NCBI RefSeq assembly: GCF_009914755.1
Contig: NC_060934.1
Reading direction: 5' to 3' (one strand)
DNA length: 64,000 nt
Source of the DNA: the human T2T-CHM13v2.0 reference genome, Homo sapiens
In this document: one piece after another, positions 1-14,309 of the stretch
Layout: every line of letters begins with the position of its first letter
How positions within the stretch are numbered: the stretch's first letter is position 1
Position numbers and translations under genes: made by a program
The notes under the pieces: generated by a model
Database searches by the model: none
Told to the model about the DNA's origin: nothing
The model's input: only the letters and a program-made list of their open reading frames with translations

Positions 1-1600
1 TCCAGAGGATACCAGTAGTGCAAAAGGTGCTGGCAATGTTCTTTATTTAAAGATGTGCTGTGTGAGTAGAACTACTTGATTGCACACAGCAAGGAGGATT
101 TCTGTAGAACACATTAGGACAGACAGGATTTCCACTGCGCTCCACTCCAAAAAGACACATAGCTTCATATCTTTTTCATCCTGGTTCCAGAAGTATGTAG
201 TTAATAAGAAAAATAAAAAGCAATTTACATTTGAAAATCCCATAGCAGTTGCAGACACTACCTTAGCCACATGGTATGATGTAGTGTTAGCCTTTCAGTA
301 CTTTGACACTACTTATTTCTCATGGTTAAAGTATATAGAAGTGCATACGGTGAAGGAATGCGCAGGAAAAAAATCAAAAGAAGGTCCAAAAGAATGGTAT
401 TTGCTGTATAGCCTTTTGGAAGACAGAATTTATAAGCTACTTCATATAAGTAGGATAACTTTTATGTTCACCTATAATTAGAGAAATGCCCAGTCACATG
501 CTAAAAAAATAATCTATTAACAACAAAATATTATAAATATGAATACAAAATACATAGTGAATTTCCTGGCATATAGATTGCACTGTGGTCTCAGTATGGG
601 CAATATTATCCACAGGATGTGAAAACTGGTTTTTGGGAGATGAAAAAAATGTAGAAATTGGGATGGGTTGTGGCATTCCAAAGGACAGAGTATATAATCA
701 GTTATACTGTATACCCATGACATTAAAAATAATGTTGGGATGCTAGTCAGCAAAAAAAAAAAAGTCTACAAATTTTCCTTATAGGAGGATGGTCAATAAT
801 TAAAAAAAAAAAAACAATGAGAAGCACTGTCTTATATTCAACACACAGCACTCGTTGTGGCAGCAGTGATAACGTTTCTAACAATAGCACAAGGGAAAGC
901 AACCAACGTGCAGCTAAATGCAGAGAAAACGTATAGCAAACACATTTTCCAAGTCAACGTAACATGCTAAATGCTAGTGTATTTGTGGAAGTATTAGGAC
1001 AAAATGTAAATATGGATGTTGAATCTATGAGAAAAATAAAAAATAGACAAGCTTTTCTCTTAAAAAGTAGATTAGATGTAAATTTTAGAATGGTCTTCCA
1101 CATGATGATTATCCCATATTATCAACTTAGAAGAAATTGAATTTCTTCACATAGTGTTGAAACAAGATCAGTGGAAAATAGCAGGAATCCTTTCCATGTA
1201 GTTTTTCTGAAGATTGGTCCAATGTTGGCAAAATACATAGAAAAGGATCAGATAAAACCCATCCATACACTCCAACATGGAAGGAAGATGGTAAGAGAGC
1301 ACCATGGACAACACAGGGAAAACGTATGTGGAAACTAACATACTGTGACTGATCAGCATTGTATAATAGCTTCTGCAATGGAAGGACAGAGGCTGCATCA
1401 AGTAAAAAGCCAAAGCATGTGGGAGAATGTATCCTGATCAAGCAGGAATCTTTTCCAAGTGTCTGCTTTAAGAAACTGGACAGACTCATATGGCAGGCAA
1501 TAATACGCATCAGATATAGAGTGCACTTGGTGTGATCTCTTGATGTGAGTGCCTGTAACACCAGTTTCTTCTTCATCTCCAACCAGCTAAGCCTTCAGAT
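1..1600 (-). pseudogene. Possible decayed coding sequence for a multi-pass membrane protein (identity unknown)
   Basis: No repeat family recognised. Five minus-strand ORFs cluster here (43-270, 494-676, 517-753, 1127-1582, 1168-1413) with hydrophobic segments broken by stops and T-runs. Weak, because the antisense of A-rich DNA tends to translate as hydrophobic. Confidence 0.25.
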
Positions 1601-1990
1601 CACTAAGTGGACAGTAAAACTTACATCAGCTCTCCATCTATCTCTAACTGCACACATTTGAACAATAGGGAAATTAAGGAGAGTATAAAAAAACCCACTG
1701 CAAATTAAAGGACTCTATAAACTTTTACTCCATCAATCATAAATAAGCAGGCAGAAATATATGAAGGAGTGAATGAAATCTGCTACAGCAGAAAAACAAA
1801 AACAAAAAAAAGCACTTAAAATCCAAAGGAAAAGATAACTTGGAATAAAAATGTATCACAGAAATAAAAAGATTAGAAAAAAAATCATCTTAGAATCAAT
1901 AACAGTGCTTTAAAGTGATAAAGTATATTTATATGATAATTATATGCTAATAGTTCTTATATCTACCTTCAGCGATATGTTAAAAACATG

Positions 1991-1992
<2 letters not shown>

Positions 1993-2028
<36 letters not shown>

Positions 2029-2044
2029 CACACACACACACACA
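1993..2044. repeat. (CA)n microsatellite with one CG interruption
   Basis: Direct reading of the sequence. Confidence 0.98.
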
Positions 2045-2385
2045 GGAAAAAATGTCATTTACAAAATCACTAATATAAAGTAATTGGGAACAAATTTTAA
2101 AAGTAAATGCACAATGCCTATGAAATAGCATATTTATCAAAATCCATATGGAAAACTAAACAAATTAAATATTTAGGCAAAACAAGGCCATTTTGAAATA
2201 GAATAATGATAAAAAGTTTCTTATGCTTTCAAATATTAAGATAGTAATAATGTTAACCAGATTAGTGGAAGAAATTTAAAATTTCCCAAAGAGAAGTTAG
2301 CATATGACAAAATGGTATTTTTTAGGTGGGGGAAGGAAGGTTGTTTGTATTTATTAGTGTTTCTAGGACAATTCATTAATTTGAA

Positions 2386-5300
2386 AGGTCCTAAGACCTT
2401 GTCTTACTTGAGCAAATTTTTTATTCCTTTTCTTCTCAGTTGACTGAATTCTGTTTTCATCTTAATGTTTTTTGTGTGTGTGACTAAAATAGTTATTGCA
2501 ACAGAGGCTACTATTGAGTTTTTAAGGAAGAGTGTATTTAATTTTATGTTTAATTTGGCTCACATAAAAATAAAAGCATCTCCCTCTAGCACCACTAGAC
2601 TTTTTCTGTCTGTACCTTATGATGTAAATGTTGCTACTTGACTTTCACCTGAGTTGTTTCCTTTAATGTGCAAATTTAAGACTATTTAGCTGACAACTGC
2701 CTAGGGTTGTGAAACAGGTTATCAATAATCTGAAAGTCTAAGACAGGAAAAAAAATCTATAAAATGTATTTCCATCAACATGCCTAATATGTCTTTATAT
2801 GTATTTATGTGTTGTGTACACAGGGTTTCACTACTAAAAATATATTAAAGAGCTATAATTAATTGGCTTCAAGAAAAGTAAAAGCACTTAAATCAGATAC
2901 TAAAAAAGAAAAGACTAGTCAAACGCTTTTTTAACTTTATTTAACTTAAGTAAAATATTTAATAAATAAGCTAGCTTTAAAATTATTGGTAAAGTAATAT
3001 TATAAATGTCTTAAGAATTGCCAGCATACATTTTTGTTTGCATTTATTAATAAATCAATTTCATACTTATCCCTGCCATATGCCATAAGGTGTCAAAATT
3101 TGGCATAGGGGTTACAAAACTATAAACCCATCCCAAATCAGAATTATCTTTGTTTTTGTAGTTTTTAATAAATAAGACGTTGATATGGGTTTAATGAAAA
3201 TAGCTGCATCTTGAATTTATTAAGATTACCATAACTTCTAATCCTGCGGCTCTAGGCAGTCTAGTCCCCAGACAATAAGAAGGCTTGTTTTGGGAAAGGA
3301 CTGTTATCGTTTTTGTTTCAAATCTGAACTATAAACTAAGTTCCTCTCAAAGTTAGTTCAGCCTATGCCCAGGAATGAACAAGGACAGCTTGGAGGTTAA
3401 GTGCAAGATGGAGTCAATTAGGTCAAATCTTTTTTCACTGTCTCAGTTATAATTTTACAATGACAGTTTCATAACTTTAAATTCATGACTATCACAGTTT
3501 TCATAAATAATTGAGGTAAATAATTAAAATAAAATAATTAGGGAAATGTAATGGGATAAATACTTGCAGACAAGCTGTTCATAATTTAGAATATAAAGTT
3601 AAATTAAATAATAGATATTTCATTATTTGGGTATTTTCCAATAAATATATATTGTAGGAAAATACTCTTGCTAAAAAAAAAGAGAGAAGTCATTAAAAAA
3701 AAAGTGAACAAGTTTTGTCTAATTCAAAGCCTATTTAAAGGTTATGTATAAAACAAGCTAAAAGGAACCAGGAAATAAAAAAAGATGTAAAGAAAGTTAT
3801 AAAAATAAAAAGGATTTTTTTGAGGTTAAAAAAAAGCTTAAAGAAAAATAATTTTGTATAGAAAAAACATTGTATGGTAAACTTAGTCATAAAATAAAAT
3901 AACTGGTTGTTTAAAAGGAAGGGTGTTCAGAACAAACCAGAAAGTCTGAGCATGCATGTAATGGTCAGTGTAAGTCCCAATAAGAGGATTTATATGTTTA
4001 AAAAATATATATTTTATATAATCAAGTTGTCATATTATAATCTTTTGGTGTGCTTAGGAAAAAAACTGATATAAAAATTTTTTTAATTAAGGTTATTACA
4101 TCCATGTATCTTCCTGTATATACTTTCAAAGTCCTTATAACATTGAGTTACAGGGCTTTAACTCCTGGGTCTAAAAAGGACATCAAGTCCTACTAACTCT
4201 TAAACATTAACACCAATTGAAGTCTCATCTTCAGGCCCATAGAAGATGCCAATCAAAATAAACTGCATTCCTGAGTCACAGGGCAAAAACAAATTAAAGC
4301 TATTCAATTCTTCAGGGCTAAGGGATTATCACAGAAGAGATGGGCATGTAAGATTGCAAGGGCCAATTTTGAAAAATAAAATAAGTTCAGTTTCTCTACA
4401 TATTGATCATTAGTGTCAAATGCACTCTCATGCAAAACCAGTATGTGGATCACTGTGTCAGACTAACAAGGTTTTCTTGAAGCATTAACCAACTCCTTAA
4501 TAAAAGTGATAAAGGTTATAAAAGGCTTATGTAAATTATATTTTATAGTCAAAATTAAATTTTATGGATTATTTACAAAATTTTGAAAAACAAACATAAT
4601 TGGCTTCATGCTGTTTTTATTAGGACTTCTTATTTAGGAAATTAAGTCTCCTCACTCAAAGAATGAAGGTTTTCACTAAAAAAAAAAAAATCCTTGAACG
4701 ATCGCTTTGGTTAAATAAATGACTTTACAATGACCTGTAATCCTATTTTGTAATATCAAATGTTTTAAACCTTTTATATTTGACAAACTTTTCAAAATCA
4801 AATTATAAATTATATATTTTTCTAACCTAACTAATCCTTTAAAACATTAGGTTTCCTAAAGTCCAAAAATGACATAATTTGGCTTATTTGGTATAAAAAT
4901 TATACAGGAAGCATCTGTCAGATATAAAATGGTGTTTGGTTTTCTTTGGGGTGTGTTTGTATGTTATTGGTATGTGTTCCAAAATTATGGGAAACTGCTG
5001 TAATTCTAATATAACTTAGTGTACATTATTAGTAATAATCATAATTGTTATGGTAAAACTATTGCGTGCAACAGAGGTAACAAATTTCCTTGTCAATTGT
5101 ATCTTTTAAATGTGGCTGCCTTAAAACTTTTTTTCATCCATGGTCAATTGTCTTGTTTTCGTCCTCTTTAGAAAGTGGTTTAATAATCAGCTATAAAACT
5201 CCAACAGGTGCTCTTAAATGCAGGTTTCTGAAAACTCTGGAGATTGTGACATCAGAAGAGAGGAAAAACTGTGAGTACTCATGGAGAGTAAAATATTCAC

Positions 5301-6553
5301 GAGTATCAAGCAGAACAGGAATGAACTACGTGGACTGAACCAATCTTTTTGACTTTTTGCTTAAAATGTTTGCCGATCCTTTCTTTTGTTTTTCAGAGAC
5401 TTAAAACTTTTCTTTTGAGCTAATGACAGCTTTTAACAGTTTAGTATACTCCTATGAACAAAATTTGGAGCATATTTTTTTCTCTCTACCTGATTTCTCC
5501 AGAATTTGGAAACTATTTGTGAGTATTCTTAACTTCTGGCAATACAGTTGTTTGCAAAAGTGCAATAAGAATCTGTTTTCATTTGTAGCAGGACACAATT
5601 GGAGAAATTGGTTATTTTACCAAGGCTTTGACTGGATTGGAATGCTTTCCTTTAAGGAATCAAACTTGATTTATGGAGCCAATAAAGCTCTTGGAAAACT
5701 GGCCTTGTATTTTGTGTACACCATCCCTGTACAGGGTTTCTGACCTGTGGTAAGTAAAAATGTCATTTTCTGACAGGTGCAGAAGCCCCAGGTTTATCTT
5801 GGAACATCAAGAGGAGAGGAAATTCACCAAATTCGTAGGTAATTGATGGCACAAATCCATGGTTGTGCTGGGCTTTAAAAAAGTCTTATCTGGGATACCT
5901 CCTGTGGAGCAAAGTTCCATCAAAGCCTATATAAAAAATAATTATTCTTGCTGCACTGTATACAAATAATTAGCCCAAGTATAATAAGCAAACCAGTCCT
6001 ACCATGATTTGTCTTTAGTAAAATGGGAAACTGGAGAGAGAAAAAAAAGTTTTAAAATGATTGTACATCTATTTTTAAATTCTAGTTTTGCCTAATGTTT
6101 TCTTTTTTTCAGTGTTTGTTATTTACAATTTGGATCGAATTCTAATTTTTCTTGGCTATAAGTCTTCAAAATACTGTTTTCAACTTTTTTCCTTCTTTAT
6201 TTTTTTCCATTTTTCCTGATTCAGAGTCACTGAAAACTAAGCTGTGCTTTCTTAAAACCCTGCAAAGTGAAGCCAGACAACTTAAACTTCAGAAGAAAAT
6301 AACAGTAGCCTATTTACATACATAAGCCACTTTCATACCTGCCTACTAACATATGGACTTAGGAGTTATGTGGCCTATATTGATTTTTTTAGGATTGTTC
6401 TTTTGTCATTGTTTTTTCTCCCTTCCTCCTCACTATTTTCTCTTCACAGGACACAAGACTTCACAACCTGCTAAAAATGAGCTTTTGGGACTACCCGTCT
6501 AGAAATAAATAGTCCTAGCCTTAAGAGATCAGATAAAACCTGAGACCAGAGGC
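2386..6553 (+). mobile_element. ERV1 non-autonomous internal sequence (MER4-group-like), no LTRs seen
   Basis: Contains stretches I recall from MER4-group internal consensus sequences (e.g. gctgacaactgcctagggttgtgaaacaggttatcaa; ttaccaaggctttgactggattggaatgctttcctttaaggaatcaaacttga). AT-rich and non-coding. Exact family uncertain. Confidence 0.75.
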
Positions 6554-7228
6554 TCCAATTATTGGTGGAAGAATTGTGAATATTATACTGTAAGACCATA
6601 TTGATTGGAGATATTGTTAAGCTATTTTGGAAAATGTAATCTGCCACATTTATAACATTTTCTTTCTTAAAAACATGTATATTAGCCTAGCTGTTATATA
6701 AAACACCTCAAAATCTGATTGGTTTAGGACACTAAAGATTATTTCACAGTCAATTTTCAGTCCAATGTGATGTGTGTGTATAGGTGGGATAGAGATTTGT
6801 CCTATATAGTCATTTATGAATCTGTTGTCTTTTAGGCTATAGTTCTAATATAGTCAGTAAACAGATGGAGTATGAATAGTATGAAGAGCTTGGATACAGC
6901 ATAACTGCCTAACTGTCTTGGGCTAAAAGTGACGCTTCACATCACTGCCACTTGCATTTCATCAGTTAAAACTAGAACTTCAACTAGACGCTAAGTGTTT
7001 AGTATGTGTAGTTTATCTGTGACTAGGAAGAAGAAAAAGCTTGGAAACCCATCTGCCTTTCTCTGTTACTACGTATGAGTTATTCACATAATAATTTCCT
7101 TTAGCCTTTTGTGTTGCAAATATATTTTCTAGCTATTCATTTTTCTTTTAACTTTGTATTTTTTCGGCTATTATTTAAGTAGAAAAATGTTACATCTTTA
7201 TGTAGCTATATTTTTATTCTTTTCTTGA

Positions 7229-7587
<359 letters not shown>

Positions 7588-7849
7588 GGTTAAGACATTT
7601 TATCATCAGGACCTTAATCCCCTCGTCCATTACCATGAAATAGTCTAATCTTTGTAGAATGTTGTAAGCTATTTTAATGTAAGCATACTTAGTTAGATGC
7701 ATCCAACACATAGCATTTGCTGACTGCGCAGCACAGTGCCCTACTGAGTTTTCCCTCATTGAGCTTACAGACTGATTGAAGCAGAGTGCACCGAGAAATA
7801 CAATTAAAAGAAATAACTATTGAGAATAAATCATTCATTGGCTTCCCAA

Positions 7850-8272
7850 CCCATCAAACAATGCATGCAATCATATATTTCTGCCACTCTGCCCACTGAA
7901 TCATTACATTCCATGCATACCAATGTACTAATTCCTAAATTTTTCTAGCTATAGAATCTTTGCGTTTGTTGTTCTCTATGCCTGAAACTCTTTTTCCTCA
8001 ACTATTTGTGCAGCAGGTCCCCATCTTTTGTATCTGAGTTTAAATATCACATTCTCAGAAAAGCCTTCCCAGACAACCTTTTCTAAAGTATCACTCCCCT
8101 ACACATATGCACCAATACATAGCACATACCATAAGCGATAATTGCTTTATTTGTATGTGTATTACCTGCCCCACCTCTGGAGTGTAACTTTATGAAAGCA
8201 GGAGCTCTATGTGTGGTTTTTTTCTAACTATTGTATCCCTACATTTAGAATCACGTTTGCTGCATTATAGGA
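7850..8272 (+). mobile_element. L2 3' fragment, interrupted by an MLT1 LTR and an Alu
   Basis: L2-like motifs aaatatcacattctcagaaaagccttccc and tgtatccctacatttagaatca. The L2 tail resumes at ~8880 and ~9210 (tatttattgaataaattgaa). Confidence 0.65.
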
Positions 8273-8878
8273 CATATTAGCTATCTATTACTGCAATACA
8301 ATAATATCACAAATGTAATAGCTTAAAACAGCAGACACTATTATCTCACAGTTTCTGTGGGTAAGGAATCCAGATAAGCCTTAGCTGGGTCATCTGCTTA
8401 GGGTTTCACAAGCTTTTAATCAAGGTATAGGCCAGGGCTGCAGCTTCATTTGAGGCTCGTTAGGGAAGGATGTACTTCCTAGCTCACTCATGTTGTTGGC
8501 AGAGGACACAGTTTCTTGAAGCTGTAAGAAAGAGGGCTTCATTTTCTGGCTGACTGGTGGCTGGAAGTCTCCTTCAGTTCTAGGGGCTGCCCATAGTTCC
8601 TTGCCATGTAAGATTCCCCACTTGCTTCCTCAGAGACAGCCAGAGAGAGACAGGGCGGGGTGGGGGGTTACAGCAAGATGGACATTACCATCTTATGAGA
8701 CATAAACACATGATCACACAATCATGTACATCCCATCACCTTTGCCATATCTATTGAATAAAAGCAAGTTACAGGTTCTTACTACCCTCAAGGGGAAGGG
8801 ATCACATAAGGTCATGAACACCATGAACACTGGGAGGTAAAAATTATAGGGCCCACCTTAATGTCAGTCTCTTCCGTA
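8273..8878 (-). mobile_element. MaLR LTR (MLT1F/E-like)
   Basis: Begins tattagctatctattactgc...ttatctcacagtttctgtgggtaaggaatcc, typical of an antisense MLT1. Confidence 0.75.
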
Positions 8879-8899
8879 GGGGCAGAGTAAATATTTATT

Positions 8900-9209
8900 T
8901 ATTTATTATTTATTTATTTATTTATTTTTGAGGCAGAGTCTTGCTCTGTCGCCCAGGTTGGACTGCAGTGGCACCATCTTGGCTCACTGCAACCTTGCCT
9001 CCCTCGTTCAAGCAATTCTTCTGCCTCAGCCTCCCAAGTAGCTGGGATTACAAGTGCCCGCCACCACGCCCAGCTAATTATTATATTTTTAGTTGAGATG
9101 GGGTTTCACCATGTTGGCCAGGCTCGTCTCAAACTCCTGACCTCAAGAGATCCACCCACCTCGGCCTCCACAGTGCTGGGATTGCAGGCATGATCCACCT
9201 CGCCCCACC
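8900..9209 (-). mobile_element. AluS (Sx/Sz-like)
   Basis: Full dimer in antisense with a (TTTA)n tail. atatttatt flanks both sides. Confidence 0.93.
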
Positions 9210-10149
9210 ATATTTATTGAATAAATTGAATTAAAGTTTCCCCAAAAAACTCTCGCATTAAGCAATGATTCCTTAAATAGAAAAGTGAAATGGGGTAAGA
9301 AGTTTTCTATTCATTCCATACAAGTCTGGGACGGAAGGATCGAGTGTAGAGGCCTTAAATAAAACACATTAGAACTTCGGTTTAACTGATAAAAAAAAAT
9401 TTCTAATATATTTTTTATTATTTAATCCTAAGAGAAACAATTGAAAGTGAAAGATTGAGTAACCAAGGTAGTTTATAAGGGCTTCTGAGGATTTTCTTCA
9501 GTTCCCATTATCACTGAGCACATCTGTCAGCATTTTTGATTTCTTTTAGATGAGGTAGAAAGACTTCTGACATTTCAAATGTATCATGCTATTCAGATTC
9601 CCATTCTTTGGAAAGATTTCAGAGAATGTATTTCAGGAATAAGAAAAGTCATGAATGTCTAACATTTCAAGCACAATAGACTGACTTGTAGGGAGGGAAA
9701 CAAGAGGCCAGAAGTTGTAGATCAGGTGGTTTTAAGTTCTTCATGATACAGGTGGGAAATTGTCCATTTATTCTTCGGAGCAAATGAAAGCATAAATCTA
9801 GTCAGGCATTTAGCATCAGGTCTTTGAGTGACATATTTCAGTTTTTGCCATGTTTTAATGACAAGTCCAGAATTGTCTGGGGCAAAGGAGAAAGAAGCTT
9901 TATGCATAAAACCTTTCATTGGCCAGAATATATTCTACGTGTCTGCATGTCTTCCCAGACTCCAAATTGTCATGTTCAAGTGATTGCACTTGAGGTATTT
10001 AGCCGGAGGATTTCCAGTTTATGGAACGTGTGACTTTCAGAAAACTTTTTAAACTCCTTTAGACCCTAATTTCACTCAGTGTAAAGTAAGAACACAGGTC
10101 CATGTCTGTTATTTCCACAGTGAGCCCACTGATCTATGTCAGGCTCTTT

Positions 10150-10297
10150 AGAGTGATTGTTTGGGAAGCTTGTATAAAAATACAGATTTCCTGATCCCTC
10201 TCCCTGGAGCTTCTGATAAAGCAGCCTGGGCTGGTCTGGGACTATGCATTTTTAAATTTTTCCCAGGAGATTACAAAGTATATTTGGAAACTGCTGA
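10150..10297. mobile_element. MER5-like hAT-Charlie fossil
   Basis: aaaaatacagatttcctg...tgcatttttaa...cccaggagatt...tttggaaactgctg. Confidence 0.6.
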
Positions 10298-10494
10298 TTA
10301 TTAAATATATTTTGCATCCAACACTCTATGTTTATCCTATCAGAAGAGTTCCAGGTCTTCTAGGTCTTAGGGAGAAATGCTAATCATGACAGCTTGAGCA
10401 CTAGGTTAATTCTATCTGGACAAGCAAGTCAAGAGGGAGAATCTAACAGTATTTCTAGCTGAAACAGGCTTGGCCTCAACTTTCAACTGTCTCC

Positions 10495-10740
10495 TTTTTT
10501 TAGACAGGGTCTCACTCTGTCCCCCAGGCTGGAGTGCAGTGGCATGCTCACAGCTCACTGTAGCCTTTACCACCTGGGCTCAAGCAATCCTCCCACTTCA
10601 GCCTCCCTAGTGGCTAGGACTACAGGTGTGCACTACCACACCTGGCTAATTTTTGAATTTTTTGTGGATATGGGGTTTCATCCACCCTCCTCGGCTTCCA
10701 ACAGTGCTAGAGTTACAGGAATGAGCCACTGTGCCCAGCT
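10495..10740 (-). mobile_element. AluJ with an internal deletion
   Basis: AluJ diagnostics (cacagctcactgtagcct, ctgggctcaagcaatcctcccac). About 40 nt are missing after ggggtttca. TSD aactttcaact at 10478 and 10741. Confidence 0.9.
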
Positions 10741-11322
10741 AACTTTCAACTCTTGTCACATATCATGTGTTGTGGTTGCTCTGATTTCTTTACCCATTTC
10801 ACTGCCTTAACCTCTGGCCAGTCACCACCACTATTTTTATGGAGGAATGGTTCCTGTGAGCTTCTGCTTTACCCCATGGCTGCATGCTCCTTGTGACTTA
10901 GAGCTAATACTTTTATTCCAGGTCTGCTCCTGAGTATTCTAACCCTGGTTTATTTATCTTCAACATTGGTTTGGATCACATGAACAAAGAGGATGTCAAG
11001 ACTCCCATTCGAAAATTTGTCAATGGTAGGATCCTAGCTGTGTTGTAACTGATAGTAAAGGTGCTGAATGACGGTCCCAGGTGCTGAAGAATTGAGTGGA
11101 TGAAGCAGGAAAGCCAGATCAAAAGGAGGAATAGAAATAAATTTGAAGGTTTACTAAAATGATGGAAATACTTTATTGTGTGTGATGATGATGATGGTGG
11201 TGATGATGATCTGAGTTGCTTTATGAAACTGGATCATCTTCAACAGCTCCTTCTTCCCCAGAGAAGTAGGGAAAATACCTGTATGCAGTGATTCAAGGCA
11301 CTCTACAGGTAGCCAGTCCATT

Positions 11323-11817
11323 TGTGGGTAGCAGAATCATGTCCTCCATCCCAAAGATATTCACATCATAATTCCATAATCGGTAAATATGTTACTTAAT
11401 ATGGCAAAAGGGATTTCATTTATGTGATTAAGTTAAAGACCTTGAGACAGGGAGAATTTCTGGATTATTTGTGTATGCAAATCTAATAAAATGGGTTCTT
11501 AAAATCAGAGTACCTTTGCTGGAAAAAAAAGAACCAGAGAGATACAGCATGCGAAGGACTACACCTGTTGTTTCTGGCTTTTAAAATGAAGAAAGGGGGC
11601 CCTGAGCCAAGGAATGAAACTTGTCTCTAGAAGCTGCAAAAAGGAAGGAAACAGATTCTTCACTAGAGCCCCAGGGAAAAACACAGAGCTGCCAATGGCT
11701 TGATTTTAGCCCAACGAAGACTTCCAAACCACATAACCGTGGGAACATACGTTTGTGCTGTTTTAAGCCTTATGTTTGTGGTCATTTGTTATGGCAAAAA
11801 TAGATAAGAAATGCAAC
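11323..11817 (+). mobile_element. MLT1D-like MaLR LTR
   Basis: tgtgggtagcagaat...cccaaagatattcacatc...ggcaaaagggattt...tgctgttttaagcc. Confidence 0.8.
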
Positions 11818-12499
11818 ATCCAAAAAATGTTTATCATTTCCCCGGACCTTTTTCTCCAGCTGAACTGGTTCACAGACTATACCTCCCTTTCCCAAATATT
11901 TTTGCTTTCTGGAGTTTTTTGCTTTTGCTCACCATTTTACCACTTGTGACATTTTCACTCTCCCTTTCTTTCATCTGATCCTACATTTCCTTTGAAGTCC
12001 AGGCAACATTCTACCTTCTCTGTTCAGCTCGTTAATGTGACACTAAAAGTTGTGTATATTTTACTCAAACTTTCATAGTATTGTACTCACCATTCACTTA
12101 CAAGCTTATAGTATTAGCATTTATTTCAGTGTTTAACTCTTCAAGCGATACATTGTTTAAATGCAAACATTATTTTACAACAACATAAAATCAAAATTGT
12201 GTCCTGAAGGGAAATAGTAGCTCTGTATTGTAATTATATATACAACTGCTTTAAAATCCAAACACATTAAGGCAGAAGTATAATAAAGAAGCAACGTTTA
12301 AATATTTTTAAAAAGAGAGAAAAAATATTGTATGACAGCTACTTCCCCAGAAAGGGGAAGGGATCTCTACTGTCTATCATGTTCTAGTCACAGAAGGGAA
12401 GTGTAATGGTTAAAAGACCTGCTTGAGAGATGGTAAAGCAAATAGCAAGATCTCGACTGGAAATTTTTATCTCCCACAGAGCAACAGAACCAAGTAAGA

Positions 12500-12708
12500 C
12501 AGTGGTTCTCAACCAGGGTAATTTTCTCACTAACAGGACATTTGACAATATCTGGAGGCATTGTCCTCACTGGGAAATGGTCCTACTGGCATTTAGTGGA
12601 TATAACCCATGGACGCTGCTGTTAAGCGTCCTACAGTGCACAGGAATGCACCCCACAACAGGAGTTATCCAGACCCAAATTCAGTTATGCCGAAGTTGAG
12701 AAACTCTA
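12500..12708. mobile_element. MER20 DNA transposon fossil
   Basis: Terminal inverted repeats cagtggttctcaacc ... gttgagaaactct. Internal catttgacaatatctggag and ctactggcatttagtgg. Confidence 0.85.
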
Positions 12709-13056
12709 CTCAAGGGAAACTCTAACTCCAGACAAAATGGAACATTGATTAATTAAATAAAAGTGAGAGAACTTCTTAATGGATTTTGAAATGAAAATTG
12801 TGAATAAAGTTAACAATTTTACTTATTAAGATCTACTATCTAAAAACGTGAAGTCTGTCTATCAAATAACCAGCATAAACTTTTAGTAGGTAAATTTTAA
12901 ATATTGAGGTCATAGGAGTGATTCCCTGAAAGATCACACTGAAAGGAAGATGGCTGGAATTTAGATTGTAAGAAATGTAATTTTGACCTTGCAATTGTGA
13001 AATACCTCAGTGAGGCAGAAAACAGAAACCAGCATGGTTGCATAAAAAAATTTTCA

Positions 13057-13519
<463 letters not shown>

Positions 13520-13608
13520 TTAGGCTATTCAACCTCTACATTTTCTGCTTTCTTTGATGAACAAAAAAATGATATGCAATTAATTACGGTAAATGATTAC
13601 AGAATTCC

Positions 13609-13921
<313 letters not shown>

Positions 13922-14309
13922 TTACAGAATTCCAACATGAGTGAAAAACTGAGACAGAGTGTAACAATTCCAGGCTCAACCTGCATACTGGGATGCTGAG
14001 GGAAATTAGTTATCTGAGCCATATCCATCTTCTTGGAAGAATCAGATAGAATGGGAATGATACAAAGACATTAAAGATGGGCAAATAAAGGTCTTTTCTA
14101 GTCTCAGTATGTAGAAGGCAGATTTTACTAACTTCTGACTGGCAAGTTTTGTGTAGGAAGGCTTCTAGAATGATGTTGCAAGGGAGTGATTTGTGGGTTT
14201 TAAGAGGATGAAATAGGTTTGCTAAAAACATGAGTAATTTAAAATGGGCAGTATCAAGTGAGTCACATTCCATTTTTGTAGAGTTGAAAGATGGCTAAGT
14301 CAGACTGAT

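Noticed and set aside
80-481. 133-aa plus-strand ORF
   Set aside because: Starts at TTG, shows no recognisable domain, and overlaps the minus-strand candidate. It cannot be supported as a CDS.
550-700. Faint resemblance of a plus-strand translation (SEFPGI*IAL...KTGF) to the hAT transposase dimerisation motif
   Set aside because: Too few matching residues, and no terminal inverted repeats or other hAT motifs seen. A Dfam search would settle it.
8653-8668. G-run gggcggggtgggggg as a G-quadruplex
   Set aside because: Only three separated G-tracts, and it lies inside an MLT1 LTR.
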